Notes: generated from the letters alone by a model not told the origin. A stretch of 64,000 nt of DNA from an uncultured Gemmatimonadales bacterium (GCA_963798085.1 CAWCRS010000007.1:1152001-1216000), one strand, 5' to 3'. Positions 20,649-31,756 are shown, numbered from the stretch's first letter. Made by a program: numbers and translations.

Positions 20649-23155
20649 ATGAAAGGCGTGATCATGGCGGGCGGCTTCGGCACCCGCCTCAAACCGCTCA
20701 CCATCAATCGCCCCAAGCCGATGGTGCCGGTTGCCAACCGGCCGATGATGGAGCACATTGTCGAACTGTTGAAGCAGCACGGCATCACCGACCTCATCAG
20801 CATCCTCTATTTCCAGCCCGAGCACATCACCTCGCATTTCCGCGATGGCGCCGCGTTTGGCGTACGCATGGATTACGTGACCGCCGATGCCGATTACGGC
20901 ACAGCGGGCGCCGTGCGCAATGCGCTCGACCTCATCGGCAATGACCGCATTATCGTCATCAGCGGTGATGTGCTCACCGACTTCGATCTCACGGCCGCGA
21001 TTCGCGAGCATGATACGCGTGGTGCCGAAGCGACCATTGCGCTGACCTCGGTGGAGAATCCGCTCGCGTTCGGCATCGTCATCATGGATCAGGAGACCCG
21101 CCGCATCGAGCGCTTCCTCGAAAAACCCACCTGGGGTCAGGTCTTCAGCGATACCATCAACACGGGCATATACATCCTCGAGCCGGCCGCGGTGCGGCGC
21201 GTGCCGGCGAAGACCAACTTCGACTTCTCCAAGGACCTGTTCCCGTCCATGCTGCGGGACGAGGCCCGGCTCTTTGGTCATGTCGCAACCGGGTACTGGC
21301 GCGATGTCGGTAACATCGAGGAGTATCGGCGCGCCAACGAAGATGCTCTCGCGGGTCGCGTCCACCTGCGCTTCCAGGGCCAGCAGCATGCAGAGGGCAA
21401 AGGCACCGTCTGGGGCGAGCGCGGCGCGGCGACGGCGCGCGATGTCCGCATTGCCGGCAACGTCGTGCTGGGTCGTTCCGCGTCCGTAGCCAGCGGCGTC
21501 ACGCTCGAGAACGTGGCGATCGGCGCCGGCTGCGTGATCGGCGAAGGCGCCGAACTGCAGAATGTCGTGCTCTGGGAGAACTGCCGCATCGGCAAGGGCG
21601 CACGCCTGAACGAGACCGTGTGCGCGGCGCGCGTGGGCGTGGGCGAGGGCGCGGTGATCCGCGAGAAGTGCATCCTCTCCGATGGCGCCGAGGTCGGCGA
21701 CTTCGCCGTCGTCGGTCCCAACGTGCGCATCTGGCCGGACAAGGTGGTCGAGGAGCGCGCCGTCCTCACGCACTCCCTTATCTGGGGCGAGGCGTGGGAG
21801 CGCAATCTGTTCAATAACGCGCGTGTCAGCGGCATCCCGAATTTCGAGCTGACGCCTGAAATGGCCGCGCGTCTGGGTGGTGCCTACGGAGCACTGCTGG
21901 GACCGGGCGCGTACGTGGTGGCTTCGCGCGATTCCGACCGCGCCTCGCGCATGCTCAATCGCGCAATGATGACGGGCTTCGTTTCCACGGGCGTCAATGT
22001 CGAAGACCTGCGCGAGATGCCCATACCCGTGGTGCGTCACACGATCCACCATGGTCGCGAATCCGGCGGCTTCCACGTGCGCCGCTCGCCCTTCGACAGC
22101 AAGGTCATCGACATCCTCTTCTTCGACCGCGATGGCCGCGATCTGGCGCCCAGCAAGACACAGTCGATCGAACGGCTCTTCGCCCGCGAGGACTACTCGC
22201 GCGCCGGCCCCGACGGCACCGGCGACATCAACTTTCCGATGCGTGTGGTGGAAGGGTACTTCGAGCATTTCCTCGGCGAAGTCGCCCGCGAGCTGATCGT
22301 CTCGCGCGGCTTCAGCCTGGTAGTCGACTACGCCTACGGCTCGACCGTCGAAGTCTTCCCCCGCGTGCTGGGCGCACTCGAAGTCGAGATGGTCAGCCTC
22401 GACGCCTACGCTTCGCCCGGCCGGCTGACGCGCACGGACCAGGAATTCCAGGAAGTGAAGCGCCGCCTCGCCGGGATCGTGCGGTCCGTCGGCGCCGAGC
22501 TGGGCATTCGGATCGACCCGGGCGGCGAAGTCATCCAGCTGGTCGACGATGCCGGCCGCGCGCTTTCTTCAGAGCTGACGCAGTCGCTGTTCGTGCGCCT
22601 CGCGCTCGATTACCTCGGCGTGCGCACGGTCGCCATCCCCGTGACCAGCCCCGGCGCTGTCGTGGGCATCATTCGCGAGGCCGGCGCCGAGCTCATCTGG
22701 ACGAAGACCGAGCACCACGCGATGATGGGTTCCGCTACGGATGCAGACATGGTGGCCGGCACACGCGGCGAGTTCATTTCTCGCACTTCATGCCCGCATA
22801 CGATGGCATGTTCGCGGCCGTCAAGCTGCTCGAGGGCCTGGCGCGCGCGCAGACGCCACTGCGCGAGCTGGCCGATGCGGTTCCGCCCATTCACGTCCTG
22901 CAGCGCCGCATTGCCTGCCCGTGGGGCAAGCGCGGCGCCGTCATGCGCCGGCTCATGGAAGCGACCGAATCGGAAGAACGCGATCTGGTCGATGGCGTGA
23001 AGATCGTGAAGGCGCCCAATGAATGGTCCCTGATCATCCCGCATTCGCACCGGCCCTATTTCGTGGTCACCGTGGAAGCACCGGACGCGGCATTGGCCGA
23101 GGCCGCGGTCGAGCAGTACAGCACCATGGTCGAGCGCTGGCGCGATGAGGCGTGA
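20649..23155 (+). CDS. NDP-sugar (mannose-1-P guanylyltransferase-like) pyrophosphorylase + left-handed beta-helix + phosphomannomutase-like domains; -1 frameshift at TTT 22777-22779
   Basis: MAGGFGTRLKPLT, FLEKP, hexapeptide repeats; adding one T gives GEFIFSHFMPAYDGM and joins ORF 22790-23155. Confidence 0.87.
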
Positions 23156-23161
23156 GCGCAC

Positions 23162-25489
23162 GTGAGCCGGCGTTTCAAACCGGTTGTTAGTGGCGCCACG
23201 GCGCTGTTCGTCCTGCTGCTGCTGGCCGCACTCGCTCTCAATCTGTACCTGCGCAGCGCCGCGCCGCAGCGCACGGGCACCGTCGCGCTGCCGGGCCTTA
23301 GCGCCGCCGTCGAGATCCGGCGTGATTCCCTCGATGTTCCGCACATCCGCGCGGCCTCCGCTGAGGACCTGTTCTTCGCGCAGGGCTGGGTGCACGCGCA
23401 GGACCGCCTCTGGCAGATGGAGCTGTTCCGCCGCGTAGCCCAGGGCAGACTCGCCGAAATCCTGGGACCCGGACTCGTCGACACGGACCGCTTTCTCCGT
23501 ACCATCGGACTCTGGCGGGCGGCACAGGCGCAGCAGGCCACCGTGTCACCCGCCACCATGCGACTGCTTCAGGCGTATGCCGACGGCGTCAACGCCTGGT
23601 TGACCCACCATCATGGCGCATTGCCGCCCGAATTCCTCGTACTGCGCTTCTCGCCCGAGCCCTGGACGCCACTGCACTCGCTCGCCATCGAGAAAGTGAT
23701 GGCGTGGGATCTCTCCAGCTGGGGCATCTCCGCGGCCGCGACGCGCGCTGCAAGAACGCTCGGCGAGGAACGGGCACGCCAGCTCGTGCCCGCATATCCC
23801 GAATGGGGCCCCACCATCCTCGATCTGCCACAGGTGCCTGAGGTGCCGCAGACGGCCGCGGCACTGCTCGATGCCGCGAGCATTACGCACGCGTCGAATG
23901 CCTGGGTCATCGGCGGCGCGCGCACCCGCTCGGGCCGGCCGATCCTGGCGAACGACATGCACCTCTCGCTGCGCGCGCCATCCGTCTGGTATCTCGCCGC
24001 ACTGCATGGCGGCGGCTACGATGTGGCGGGCATGACCCTGCCCGGCGTGCCCTTCGTCGTTGCCGGACACAATCGCGCCATTGCGTGGGGCTACACCAAC
24101 GCGTCGCTCGACGACATCGATTTCTTCGTCGAGCGCGTCGATCCCGAGGATTCGTCGCGCTACATGACGCCCGCCGGCAGCGAGCCGTTCCAGGTGATCC
24201 AGGAATCGATTCCCGTGCGCGGCCGCGATCAGCCCATCCTGTTCGCGGTGCGCGTCACGCGTCACGGACCCATCCTCACCGATGTGACCGATCCGCAGTC
24301 GCGCGGCCCGCTCGCCCTGCGCTGGGCCGGGCTGGATCCCTCGCACACCATTGATGCCATCCCCGCATTCGATCTCGCCGGCGACTGGGACGACTTCCTC
24401 ACCGCGGTGCGCGCCTTCGATGACCCGCACCAGAATGTCGTGTTTGCCGATACCGCGGGAGACTTCGGCTATGCCATGGGCGGACGCATCCCGCTGCGTG
24501 GTAACGGACGGTTACCACCACTGCTGCCGGTTCCCGGCTGGACCGGGGAGTGGGACTGGAACGGCTGGGTGCCCTTCGAGCAGCACCCGCAGGTGCGCAA
24601 CCCGCCGCAGGGTTTCGTGGTGACCGCCAACAACCGGCAGGTGGCCGGCGAGGCGGCGGATCGCATCAGTCAGTACTGGGAGCAGCCGTATCGCGCGGCG
24701 CGCATCCGCGCGCTGATTCTGGAGACGGATTCCATCGACGCGCCGGCCGTCCAGCACATGCAGCTGGATGTGCATGACATGCGGGCCGAACGCTACCGGC
24801 CGCTCGCGGCCACGCTGGCCCGCCGCGCGGGTCTGCCTGCCGTTGCCCGGGCGCTCATCGACTGGGACCTGCGCGCCAGCAGCGATTCGCACGGTGCGGC
24901 GCTGTTCTACGCGTGGTACGAGCTGCTGGATCGCCGCCTGCGCGCAGTGATTGCGGGCCGCGCCGCGGATATCAGTCTGCCGCGCAGCGCACTCAATGCC
25001 ATGCTCGATGCCGCGGCGGTGCCGGGCATTGATGATGGCCACGCCGTATTCGACTCGGCTGCGCTGGGCGCCATGCGCGCCGCGGATTCGCTGGTTGCGG
25101 ATCGCAACTGGGGCGCGCTGCACCACGTCTATGCACAGCACGCGCTCGATGCATCACACCTGCTCGATCGACTGCTGCATCTCAATGTGGGTGGCGGCCC
25201 CGGCGATGGCTCACCCACAACCGTCAACGTGTCCGATTACCCGGCCGGCTCCATGCCCGTGCGAGCCGCATACGGCCCCAGCGAGCGTCACGTCGTCGAC
25301 ATGGCGAACGTCGACGGTGCCGGTGGCTTCATCCTGCCGACCGGCGAATCGGGTCTGCCATTCGACGCGCACTACCGCGATCAATGGAACCCGTGGCACA
25401 ACGGCGGATTATGGCGTATTCCTCTGGAGTGGAGCGCCGCCGTGGCCCGCAGCGTACACACACTCACGCTGCAGCCCGCTGGCAAATGA
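23162..25489 (+). CDS. Penicillin acylase family (S45) Ntn-hydrolase, N-terminal anchor
   Basis: PHIRA, AQDRLWQM, ASNAWV nucleophile Ser, ILANDMHL, TANN. Confidence 0.92.
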   Translation: MSRRFKPVVSGATALFVLLLLAALALNLYLRSAAPQRTGTVALPGLSAAVEIRRDSLDVPHIRAASAEDLFFAQGWVHAQDRLWQMELFRRVAQGRLAEILGPGLVDTDRFLRTIGLWRAAQAQQATVSPATMRLLQAYADGVNAWLTHHHGALPPEFLVLRFSPEPWTPLHSLAIEKVMAWDLSSWGISAAATRAARTLGEERARQLVPAYPEWGPTILDLPQVPEVPQTAAALLDAASITHASNAWVIGGARTRSGRPILANDMHLSLRAPSVWYLAALHGGGYDVAGMTLPGVPFVVAGHNRAIAWGYTNASLDDIDFFVERVDPEDSSRYMTPAGSEPFQVIQESIPVRGRDQPILFAVRVTRHGPILTDVTDPQSRGPLALRWAGLDPSHTIDAIPAFDLAGDWDDFLTAVRAFDDPHQNVVFADTAGDFGYAMGGRIPLRGNGRLPPLLPVPGWTGEWDWNGWVPFEQHPQVRNPPQGFVVTANNRQVAGEAADRISQYWEQPYRAARIRALILETDSIDAPAVQHMQLDVHDMRAERYRPLAATLARRAGLPAVARALIDWDLRASSDSHGAALFYAWYELLDRRLRAVIAGRAADISLPRSALNAMLDAAAVPGIDDGHAVFDSAALGAMRAADSLVADRNWGALHHVYAQHALDASHLLDRLLHLNVGGGPGDGSPTTVNVSDYPAGSMPVRAAYGPSERHVVDMANVDGAGGFILPTGESGLPFDAHYRDQWNPWHNGGLWRIPLEWSAAVARSVHTLTLQPAGK

Positions 25490-25540
25490 GCACTGCGACG
25501 CGGAGAACGTGAAAACGCGTCTGAGAAACACGGACGGGAG

Positions 25541-26539
25541 ATGGTGACTGAAACGAGTCCGCTGTTCGACCTGGCGGTGGTGGGCGCGGGTCCCTGCGGC
25601 CTCGGCGTCGGCATTGCCGCACACCAGGCCGGGCTGTCCTGTGTGCTCTTCGACAAGAGCTGCGTTGCCGCGTCCCTGGGCAATTATCCCACCTTCATGA
25701 CCTTCTTCAGTACTGCGGAACGACTGGAGATGGGCGACGTCCCTTTTTCCATTGCCGGCGACAAACCGACGCGTCGCGAAGCCATCCGCTACTACCAGCG
25801 GCTCGCCGAACACTTCCAGCTCGATGTGCGACAATATCATGCCGTGGAAGCGATCACTGGCAGCACAGGCCGCTTCGATATCACCACGCGTTCGTTCGCG
25901 GGAAGCGTCGCGAGGTGGCGGGCACGCAACGTCGTAATCGCGACGGGCTACTTCGATCATCCGAACCGTCTCGGCGTCCCTGGCGAAGACCTGCCGCACG
26001 TGTCGTACGGCTATCGCGAGGGCTACCCTTTCTTTCGCGAGCAGGTGGTCATTGTCGGTGGCGGCAATTCCGCGGTTGACGCGGCGCTCGAGCTGTATCG
26101 CTGGAAAGCGCGCGTCACGCTCGTGCACTTCGAAGCGGGCCTGGACGGTGGCGTGAAGCCCTGGGTACTGCCCGACATCACGAACCGCATCCGTGATGGC
26201 GAAATCGCGGCCCGCTTCCGTACGCGCGTCGTCGAGATCCGGCCCTCGAGCGTGCTGTTGCGACACGAGGAAAGCGGTGCGCTCGAAGAACTCGCTGCCC
26301 GCTGGATCCTCGCCATGACCGGCTACACGCCGGATCCCGTGCTGCTGCGACAGCTCGGTGTGGACTTCGATGCGCGAACCGGCGTCCCGCAGTTCGATCC
26401 GGATACCATGCAGACCGGTACACCGGGCGTATTCATTGCCGGCGTGATCGTGGCCGGCTACGACGCCAACAAGGTCTTCATTGAAAATGGTCGCGATCAC
26501 GGGAACCGCATCGTGGCCGCCCTGTGCGGCGCCGCCTGA
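25541..26539 (+). CDS. YpdA-like putative bacillithiol disulfide reductase
   Basis: GAGPCG, YPT.MTFFST, KPTR.EA..YY, GGGNSA, KPWV.P, FIENGR.H; no CxxC. Confidence 0.85.
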   Translation: MVTETSPLFDLAVVGAGPCGLGVGIAAHQAGLSCVLFDKSCVAASLGNYPTFMTFFSTAERLEMGDVPFSIAGDKPTRREAIRYYQRLAEHFQLDVRQYHAVEAITGSTGRFDITTRSFAGSVARWRARNVVIATGYFDHPNRLGVPGEDLPHVSYGYREGYPFFREQVVIVGGGNSAVDAALELYRWKARVTLVHFEAGLDGGVKPWVLPDITNRIRDGEIAARFRTRVVEIRPSSVLLRHEESGALEELAARWILAMTGYTPDPVLLRQLGVDFDARTGVPQFDPDTMQTGTPGVFIAGVIVAGYDANKVFIENGRDHGNRIVAALCGAA

Positions 26540-26551
26540 ATCCGGCGTCGG

Positions 26552-26580
26552 TTGACACCCAACCCCATCGCTTCTAGAGT
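26552..26580 (+). promoter_or_regulatory. Sigma70-type promoter upstream of the P5C dehydrogenase
   Basis: TTGACA-N17-TAGAGT, about 50 nt before the ATG at 26629. Confidence 0.7.
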
Positions 26581-26628
26581 CGAGGGGCTGTATACACGAA
26601 CGCATTCTCCTGAAAACGGGCATACCGA

Positions 26629-28226
26629 ATGGCAACCACGATGGAGTCGCGCCCGGGGGCGCTTGATACCGCGTCGATTCCGGAGTTCCGGAACGAACCG
26701 CTCACCGATTTCAATGATGCCGGGAACGCGCGGCGCATGCGCGACGCGCTCGCCACCGTAGGCGCTCAGCTGGGCCGCACGTATCCGCTCATCATCGGTG
26801 CACGCGAGATCAGCGAAGGCAAGACCGCGGCATTCGATCAATCCCGCCGATCCGGAGCAGATCGTCGGCCGCTTCGTGCAGGCCAACGTCGAGCAGGCCA
26901 TGGAGGCCATGGCTGCCGCCGACGCGGCCTTCGAAGACTGGCGCAAGGTTCCGGTCGAGGAGCGCGCCGCCGCCATATTCCGCACTGCACAGGCGCTGCG
27001 TGATCGCAAGTTCGAGTTTGCCGCGCTCATGGTGTACGAGGTCAGCAAGTCGTGGCGCGAGGCCGATGCGGACATCGCCGAATTGATCGATTTCGCGGAA
27101 TACTACGCCCGCGAAGCGCTGCGCATCGGCGGCCCCCAGGCCGTGGTGCCGATCCCCGGCGAAAAGAACGAGCTGCGCTATATCCCGCTGGGTGTCGGTC
27201 TCGATCATTCCACCGTGGAATTTCCCGTCCGCCATCATGGGTGGCATGACCATCGCCGCCGTGGTCACAGGCAACACCGTCATCGTGAAGCCGGCCTCGA
27301 CGTCGCCGACGATTGCCGCGTGGTTCGTGCGCACGCTCATCGATGAAGGCGGCCTGCCACCCGGCGTCGTCAATTTCCTGCCCGGCCCGGGTGGCGCCAT
27401 CGGGGATTCGCTCGTCGACCACCCCAGGACCCGTTTCATCGCATTCACCGGCTCCAAGGAAGTCGGCCTCCGCATCTTCGAGCGCGCCGCCCGCGTGCAC
27501 CCCGGCCAGAAATGGCTCAAGCGCACTGTGCTCGAAATGGGTGGCAAGGACTCGATCGTGGTCGATGAGACCGCGGATCTCGATGCCGCAGCGGAAGGCA
27601 TTGTCGCTTCGGCGTTCGGCTTCCAGGGACAGAAATGCTCGGCCTGCTCCCGCGCCATCGTCGTGGACAGCGTGTACGACCAGGTGCTGAGCAAGGTGAT
27701 CGAGCGCACCCGGAAGCTGAGCGTCGGTGATCCCACGCAGCCCGACACCTACATGGGCGCCGTGATCAATGACAAGGCCTATAAGAAGATTCGCGAGTAC
27801 ATCGAGGTCGGAAAGAAGGAAGGTCTGCTGGTTGCAGGTGGTGAGCCTGTCCAGAGCGTCGGCTACTTCATTCCACCCACCATCATCGCGGATATCAAGC
27901 CGGATGCGCGCCTGGCGCAGGAAGAGATCTTCGGACCGGTGCTCGCGTTCATTCGCGCACGGGACTTCGATGATGCGATGACGATTGCCAATAACACGGA
28001 GTATGGCCTGACCGGCGCTCTCTACTCGAAGCTGGAAGATCGGCTCGAGCGGGCAAGGGAAGACTTCCACGTCGGCAATCTCTACCTCAACCGCAAGTGC
28101 ACCGGCGCCATGGTCGGCGCGCAGCCGTTTGGTGGCTTCAACATGTCCGGCACCGACTCAAAGGCGGGCGGTCCCGACTACCTGCTGCTTTTCACGCAGG
28201 GCAAGTCCATTGCACGCCGCACTTGA
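26629..28226 (+). CDS. pruA: L-glutamate gamma-semialdehyde (P5C) dehydrogenase, RocA/PruA type; two +1 frameshifts (about 26833 and 27201-27203)
   Basis: [54 protein letters not shown], spread over three frames. Confidence 0.88.
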
Positions 28227-28265
28227 GCGGTCCTCCGGACTGCGGCGCTGAAATGATCCTCGCCG

Positions 28266-28295
28266 TTGACGGGGTGTAGCAATTCCCGGTAGCTT
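28266..28295 (+). promoter_or_regulatory. Possible sigma70-type promoter of nifU-mrp-DUF62
   Basis: TTGACG-N18-TAGCTT, about 35 nt upstream of the GTG. Confidence 0.45.
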
Positions 28296-28329
28296 CGATG
28301 AAGGCCACGGCTGCCGGGAAGGTGATGTA

Positions 28330-28560
28330 GTGGGTCCAAGAGAGAAGATCGAGCAGGTTCTCGAGGCCATCAGGCCTGCCCTGCGCTCGGATGGCGGCGA
28401 TGTCGAGTTCATCGACTACGATGAAGATGACGGCGTCGTGCAGCTCCGCCTGGTGGGCGCCTGTGGATCCTGCCCGGTTTCGATGATGACATTGAAGCGC
28501 GGCATCGAGCAGCGCATTACGTCTGCCGTACCGGAGGTCCGGACCATTCAGGCGCTGTGA
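28330..28560 (+). CDS. NifU C-terminal/NfuA-type Fe-S carrier
   Basis: IRPAL.SDGGDVE, GACGSCP, TLK.GIE. Confidence 0.92.
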   Translation: MGPREKIEQVLEAIRPALRSDGGDVEFIDYDEDDGVVQLRLVGACGSCPVSMMTLKRGIEQRITSAVPEVRTIQAL

Positions 28561-28637
28561 CACCCGGCACACGTGAGAACGAGCGCGGCCGGCGCCCTGC
28601 AGGGTGCCGGCCGTTGTCTTGGGAGGATGTCAGGAAA

Positions 28638-29747
28638 ATGGCGGATACGAAGCGGCTGGAGGAGCAGATCATCGCCGCGCTCATGCATGTGCTGAACACG
28701 CGCACTGGTCAGAATATCGTCGACGGCGGCCACATTCATGCCCTCGAAATCACTGATGACGGGCGCGTCACCTTCCAATTCCTGCTGGGCGCGGAAGACG
28801 CCGGCACACTGGTGCGTGAGGCAAGGGGTGTCGTCGAACGCGTGGAGGGGGTCGCCAAGGTCAAGATCGATGTGCGGCTGCCCACCACCCAGCAGCCGCA
28901 GCGTGCGGGTGGGCGCGGACTCAAGCCCGGATCCGTGCCGGCGCCGACACCGGATCCGCAGCGCGCCCTCGGCATCGGCCATATCGTCGCCGTCAGTTCC
29001 GGCAAGGGCGGTGTGGGCAAGTCCACCGTTGCGGTGAATCTCGCAGCGCAGCTCGCGCTGATGGGAAACCGCGTGGGCCTGCTGGACGCCGATGTGTACG
29101 GCCCCGATGTCCCGCTCATGTTCGGTGAAAGACGGCGGCCGCCCGTGACCGGCGAAAAGGGTCAGGAGAAGATCGTCCCGCTGGAAACCTACGGCGTCCG
29201 TCTGATGAGCCTGGGCTTCCTCCTCGAGGAGGATCAGCCCGCGATCATGCGCGGGCCGCTGGTTTCCGGGATTCTCAAGCAGTTCCTCGAGCAGGTCGAA
29301 TGGGGCCCTCTCGACTGGCTCGTCGTCGACATGCCACCCGGTACCGGGGATGCCCAGCTCTCGCTCGTGCAGACCGTCAATCTCGATGGCGCCGTGCTGG
29401 TGACCACGCCCCAGGAGGTGTCTACCGGTGATGTGCGCCGCGCCTGCCGCATGTTCGAGCGTGTGCGCACCCGCGTGTTCGGTATCGTCGAGAACATGAG
29501 TGGAATGAACTGTCCGCACTGCGGCGGACCTCTCGACATTTTCGGCGAAGGCGGCGGCCAGCGGCTGGCCGAAGCACTCGCTGTCCCGTTCCTCGGCAGC
29601 GTACCACTGGATCCGGCAGTACGGATTTCAGGCGACACGGGTCAGCCCACGGTCCTCTCCGCACCCGACTCGCCCGCCGGGCTGGCCTTCGCGCGCGTCG
29701 CCGACCAGCTGATCGCAGCAGCCGTGGGTGTGCCTGCGACCGGCTGA
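28638..29747 (+). CDS. mrp: Mrp/ApbC (NBP35 family) Fe-S carrier ATPase with N-terminal DUF59-like domain
   Basis: SGKGGVGKST, DADVYGP, DMPPGTGD, ENMS...CPHC; start probably ATG 28638. Confidence 0.9.
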   Translation: MADTKRLEEQIIAALMHVLNTRTGQNIVDGGHIHALEITDDGRVTFQFLLGAEDAGTLVREARGVVERVEGVAKVKIDVRLPTTQQPQRAGGRGLKPGSVPAPTPDPQRALGIGHIVAVSSGKGGVGKSTVAVNLAAQLALMGNRVGLLDADVYGPDVPLMFGERRRPPVTGEKGQEKIVPLETYGVRLMSLGFLLEEDQPAIMRGPLVSGILKQFLEQVEWGPLDWLVVDMPPGTGDAQLSLVQTVNLDGAVLVTTPQEVSTGDVRRACRMFERVRTRVFGIVENMSGMNCPHCGGPLDIFGEGGGQRLAEALAVPFLGSVPLDPAVRISGDTGQPTVLSAPDSPAGLAFARVADQLIAAAVGVPATG

Positions 29748-30529
29748 TGGAGCCGTTTCCCCACCCGCGCATCACGCTGCTGACGGATTTCGGAACCGCC
29801 GACGGCTACGTCGCCGCGCTGTGCGGCGTGTTGGCCACGCTGGCGCCTGCCGTACCCGTCGATCACGCCAGCCACGATGTCCCTCCCGGTGACATTGCCG
29901 CTGCAGCCAGCGCGTTGAGCCGCTACTGGGAGTTCTATCCAGCCGGGACCGTGCACGTCATTGTGGTCGATCCCGGTGTGGGCAGCGCGCGGCGCGCGCT
30001 GCTGGTACGGGCCGCGGGCCGGATGGGCGTGGGCCCTGATAACGGTGTGTTCGAGCCCATGCTCGCCCATGCCGACGACGTCCGTGAGATCACCTGCAGC
30101 GCGCTGTTTCGACAGCCCGTTTCCGCCACCTTCCACGGTCGGGATATCTTCGCGCCAGTAGCCGCCTGGCTGGCGCTGGGCGGCCTGCCCGAGCGCGTGG
30201 GGGCGCCCTTGCCCGATCCGGTCCGTGCTGACACGGCTGTTATCGAGGCATCGGCGGGTACGCTGCTCGCGACCGTCGTTCACGTCGATCGCTTCGGCAA
30301 CCTGATCACCAACCTGTCTGGGGCACGCATCGGGCGGGGCACCCGCATCGAGATCGACGGGCGCAGCCTGGGTGAGGTGCGTCGCACCTACGCCGAGGCA
30401 GATTCCGGCGAGGCGCTGGCGCTGATCGGATCCAGCGGGTTCCTCGAGATTGCAGTGCGGGATGGCAGCGCCGCACAGCAGTTTGGCGCGACGCGTGGCA
30501 CGCGCGTTCGTGTCACGGCGGCCCCCTGA
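29747..30529 (+). CDS. SAM hydrolase / SAM hydroxide adenosyltransferase (DUF62, chlorinase/fluorinase family)
   Basis: LLTDFG, VVDPGVGSARR, GPDNG, SATFHGRDIF, DRFGN. Confidence 0.9.
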   Translation: MEPFPHPRITLLTDFGTADGYVAALCGVLATLAPAVPVDHASHDVPPGDIAAAASALSRYWEFYPAGTVHVIVVDPGVGSARRALLVRAAGRMGVGPDNGVFEPMLAHADDVREITCSALFRQPVSATFHGRDIFAPVAAWLALGGLPERVGAPLPDPVRADTAVIEASAGTLLATVVHVDRFGNLITNLSGARIGRGTRIEIDGRSLGEVRRTYAEADSGEALALIGSSGFLEIAVRDGSAAQQFGATRGTRVRVTAAP

Positions 30530-30535
30530 AAGCAC

Positions 30536-30567
30536 GGAGGGCCGGACCCTCGCGGGTCCGGCCCTCC
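30536..30567. terminator. 14-bp GC hairpin between convergent genes
   Basis: GGAGGGCCGGACCC-TCGC-GGGTCCGGCCCTCC perfect inverted repeat. Confidence 0.75.
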
Positions 30568-30587
30568 TCTTCATTCCCGTTCGCGAA

Positions 30588-30803
30588 TCAGCTCTCCAGC
30601 CACTTCCGGTCTTCGGAACTGATCTGCTTGCGCTTGGGCGACAGCAGCTTTACCGCCAGCCAGCCAATCGCAACCAGTGGCGCAACCTTGAACAGCAGGA
30701 AGGTGGCCAGTCCCACGGCCAGCCCGATCACGGACATGGCTACACCGAGAACCACGATCGCGAGGAACCCGATCAGCAGGAACGTCAGCAACGACGAGAT
30801 CAT
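30588..30803 (-). CDS. Small hydrophobic membrane protein, last gene of the ECF cluster
   Basis: 71 aa, two TM-like segments plus basic tail; GGAGG RBS. Confidence 0.75.
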   Translation of the reverse strand: MISSLLTFLLIGFLAIVVLGVAMSVIGLAVGLATFLLFKVAPLVAIGWLAVKLLSPKRKQISSEDRKWLES

Positions 30804-30903
30804 GAGCGCCTCCCGTGCTTCTATGTCGTTACCCGCGACCTTCGCGTCGCGGCGTGCAAGCGTCCGAGATGTACTGGCCTGCTCGGTCAGGTTGTGCGCA
30901 TCG

Positions 30904-31749
30904 TCAGATCTGGTTTGCGTCCACCCACATCACGCGGATGGAACCGAACGCCGCTTCAATGTCGATCGCCAGCTTGTGATCGGCCCGTTCCCAGTCCACC
31001 GAAGAATACACATCACCGCGCTTCACGAGCCCTTCACTGTCGAATCCCACGAGCAGCCCGTTCTTCCGCACCTGCAAGCCCACCCCGCGCGGTACGCGCA
31101 GCGTGAGGGAGCCCAGACCCATGTGCACCGTGGCATTCAGATTCTGCTGCCATTCGCCCGTGAAGTCCAGTGTGACGTCGCCAATGCCACCGGAGAAATC
31201 GAGTGTCTTCGCGTTCAGGTTGCCCAGGCCTTGCGCCTCGAACTTCGCCGCGCCGACATCGAGGTCGGCCGATTCGCAGACTTCCTGGTTGCGCCGGTCC
31301 AGCCGCATGATCGTTTCACTCGCGCCCGTGTGCAGCGCGAAACGCCGGATGCGAAGGCCGGAGAGGTCGATATCTGCCTTGGCCGCACCGAATTCCAGCT
31401 GCAGGTCGTATGGCGTGCCCGTGCCCAGCGCCAGTCGCAGCTCGCCGCCTTTGACGTTCCTGCCCCGCACTCTGACATCGCTCAGACCCAGGTGCAGCAG
31501 CCCCGGCTGGTACGAGAGGTCCGGCTGGAACGCATCGGCATCGTAGCGCAGTGATGCGCGGTAGAGCAGACCGCTGCTGCCCGGCGACAACGCCAGTGTA
31601 CCGGCGCCGTACTGGACCAGGACACGGAAGACGTCGTCACCCGGCGAGGCCTGGCGCATCTGGGTAACGGTGCGCCAGTCCTGCGCGTGCGCCGCCAGCG
31701 GCAGCAACGCCAGGGCAACAGCCGCGGCAAGCGTGCGGAGCCCGCTCAT
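30904..31749 (-). CDS. Secreted beta-solenoid protein (DUF2154/LiaF/LiaG-like)
   Basis: Signal peptide (AHA-Q); repeated G[AILM]G/GA[AS]-x-hydrophobic strands; start MSGLRT. Confidence 0.65.
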   Translation of the reverse strand: MSGLRTLAAAVALALLPLAAHAQDWRTVTQMRQASPGDDVFRVLVQYGAGTLALSPGSSGLLYRASLRYDADAFQPDLSYQPGLLHLGLSDVRVRGRNVKGGELRLALGTGTPYDLQLEFGAAKADIDLSGLRIRRFALHTGASETIMRLDRRNQEVCESADLDVGAAKFEAQGLGNLNAKTLDFSGGIGDVTLDFTGEWQQNLNATVHMGLGSLTLRVPRGVGLQVRKNGLLVGFDSEGLVKRGDVYSSVDWERADHKLAIDIEAAFGSIRVMWVDANQI

Positions 31750-31756
31750 GGCAGGA

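Noticed and set aside
19695..22268. 857-aa minus-strand ORF
   Set aside because: The first 610 or so codons are the antisense shadow of the pyrophosphorylase gene; only 19695-20429 looks like a real protein.
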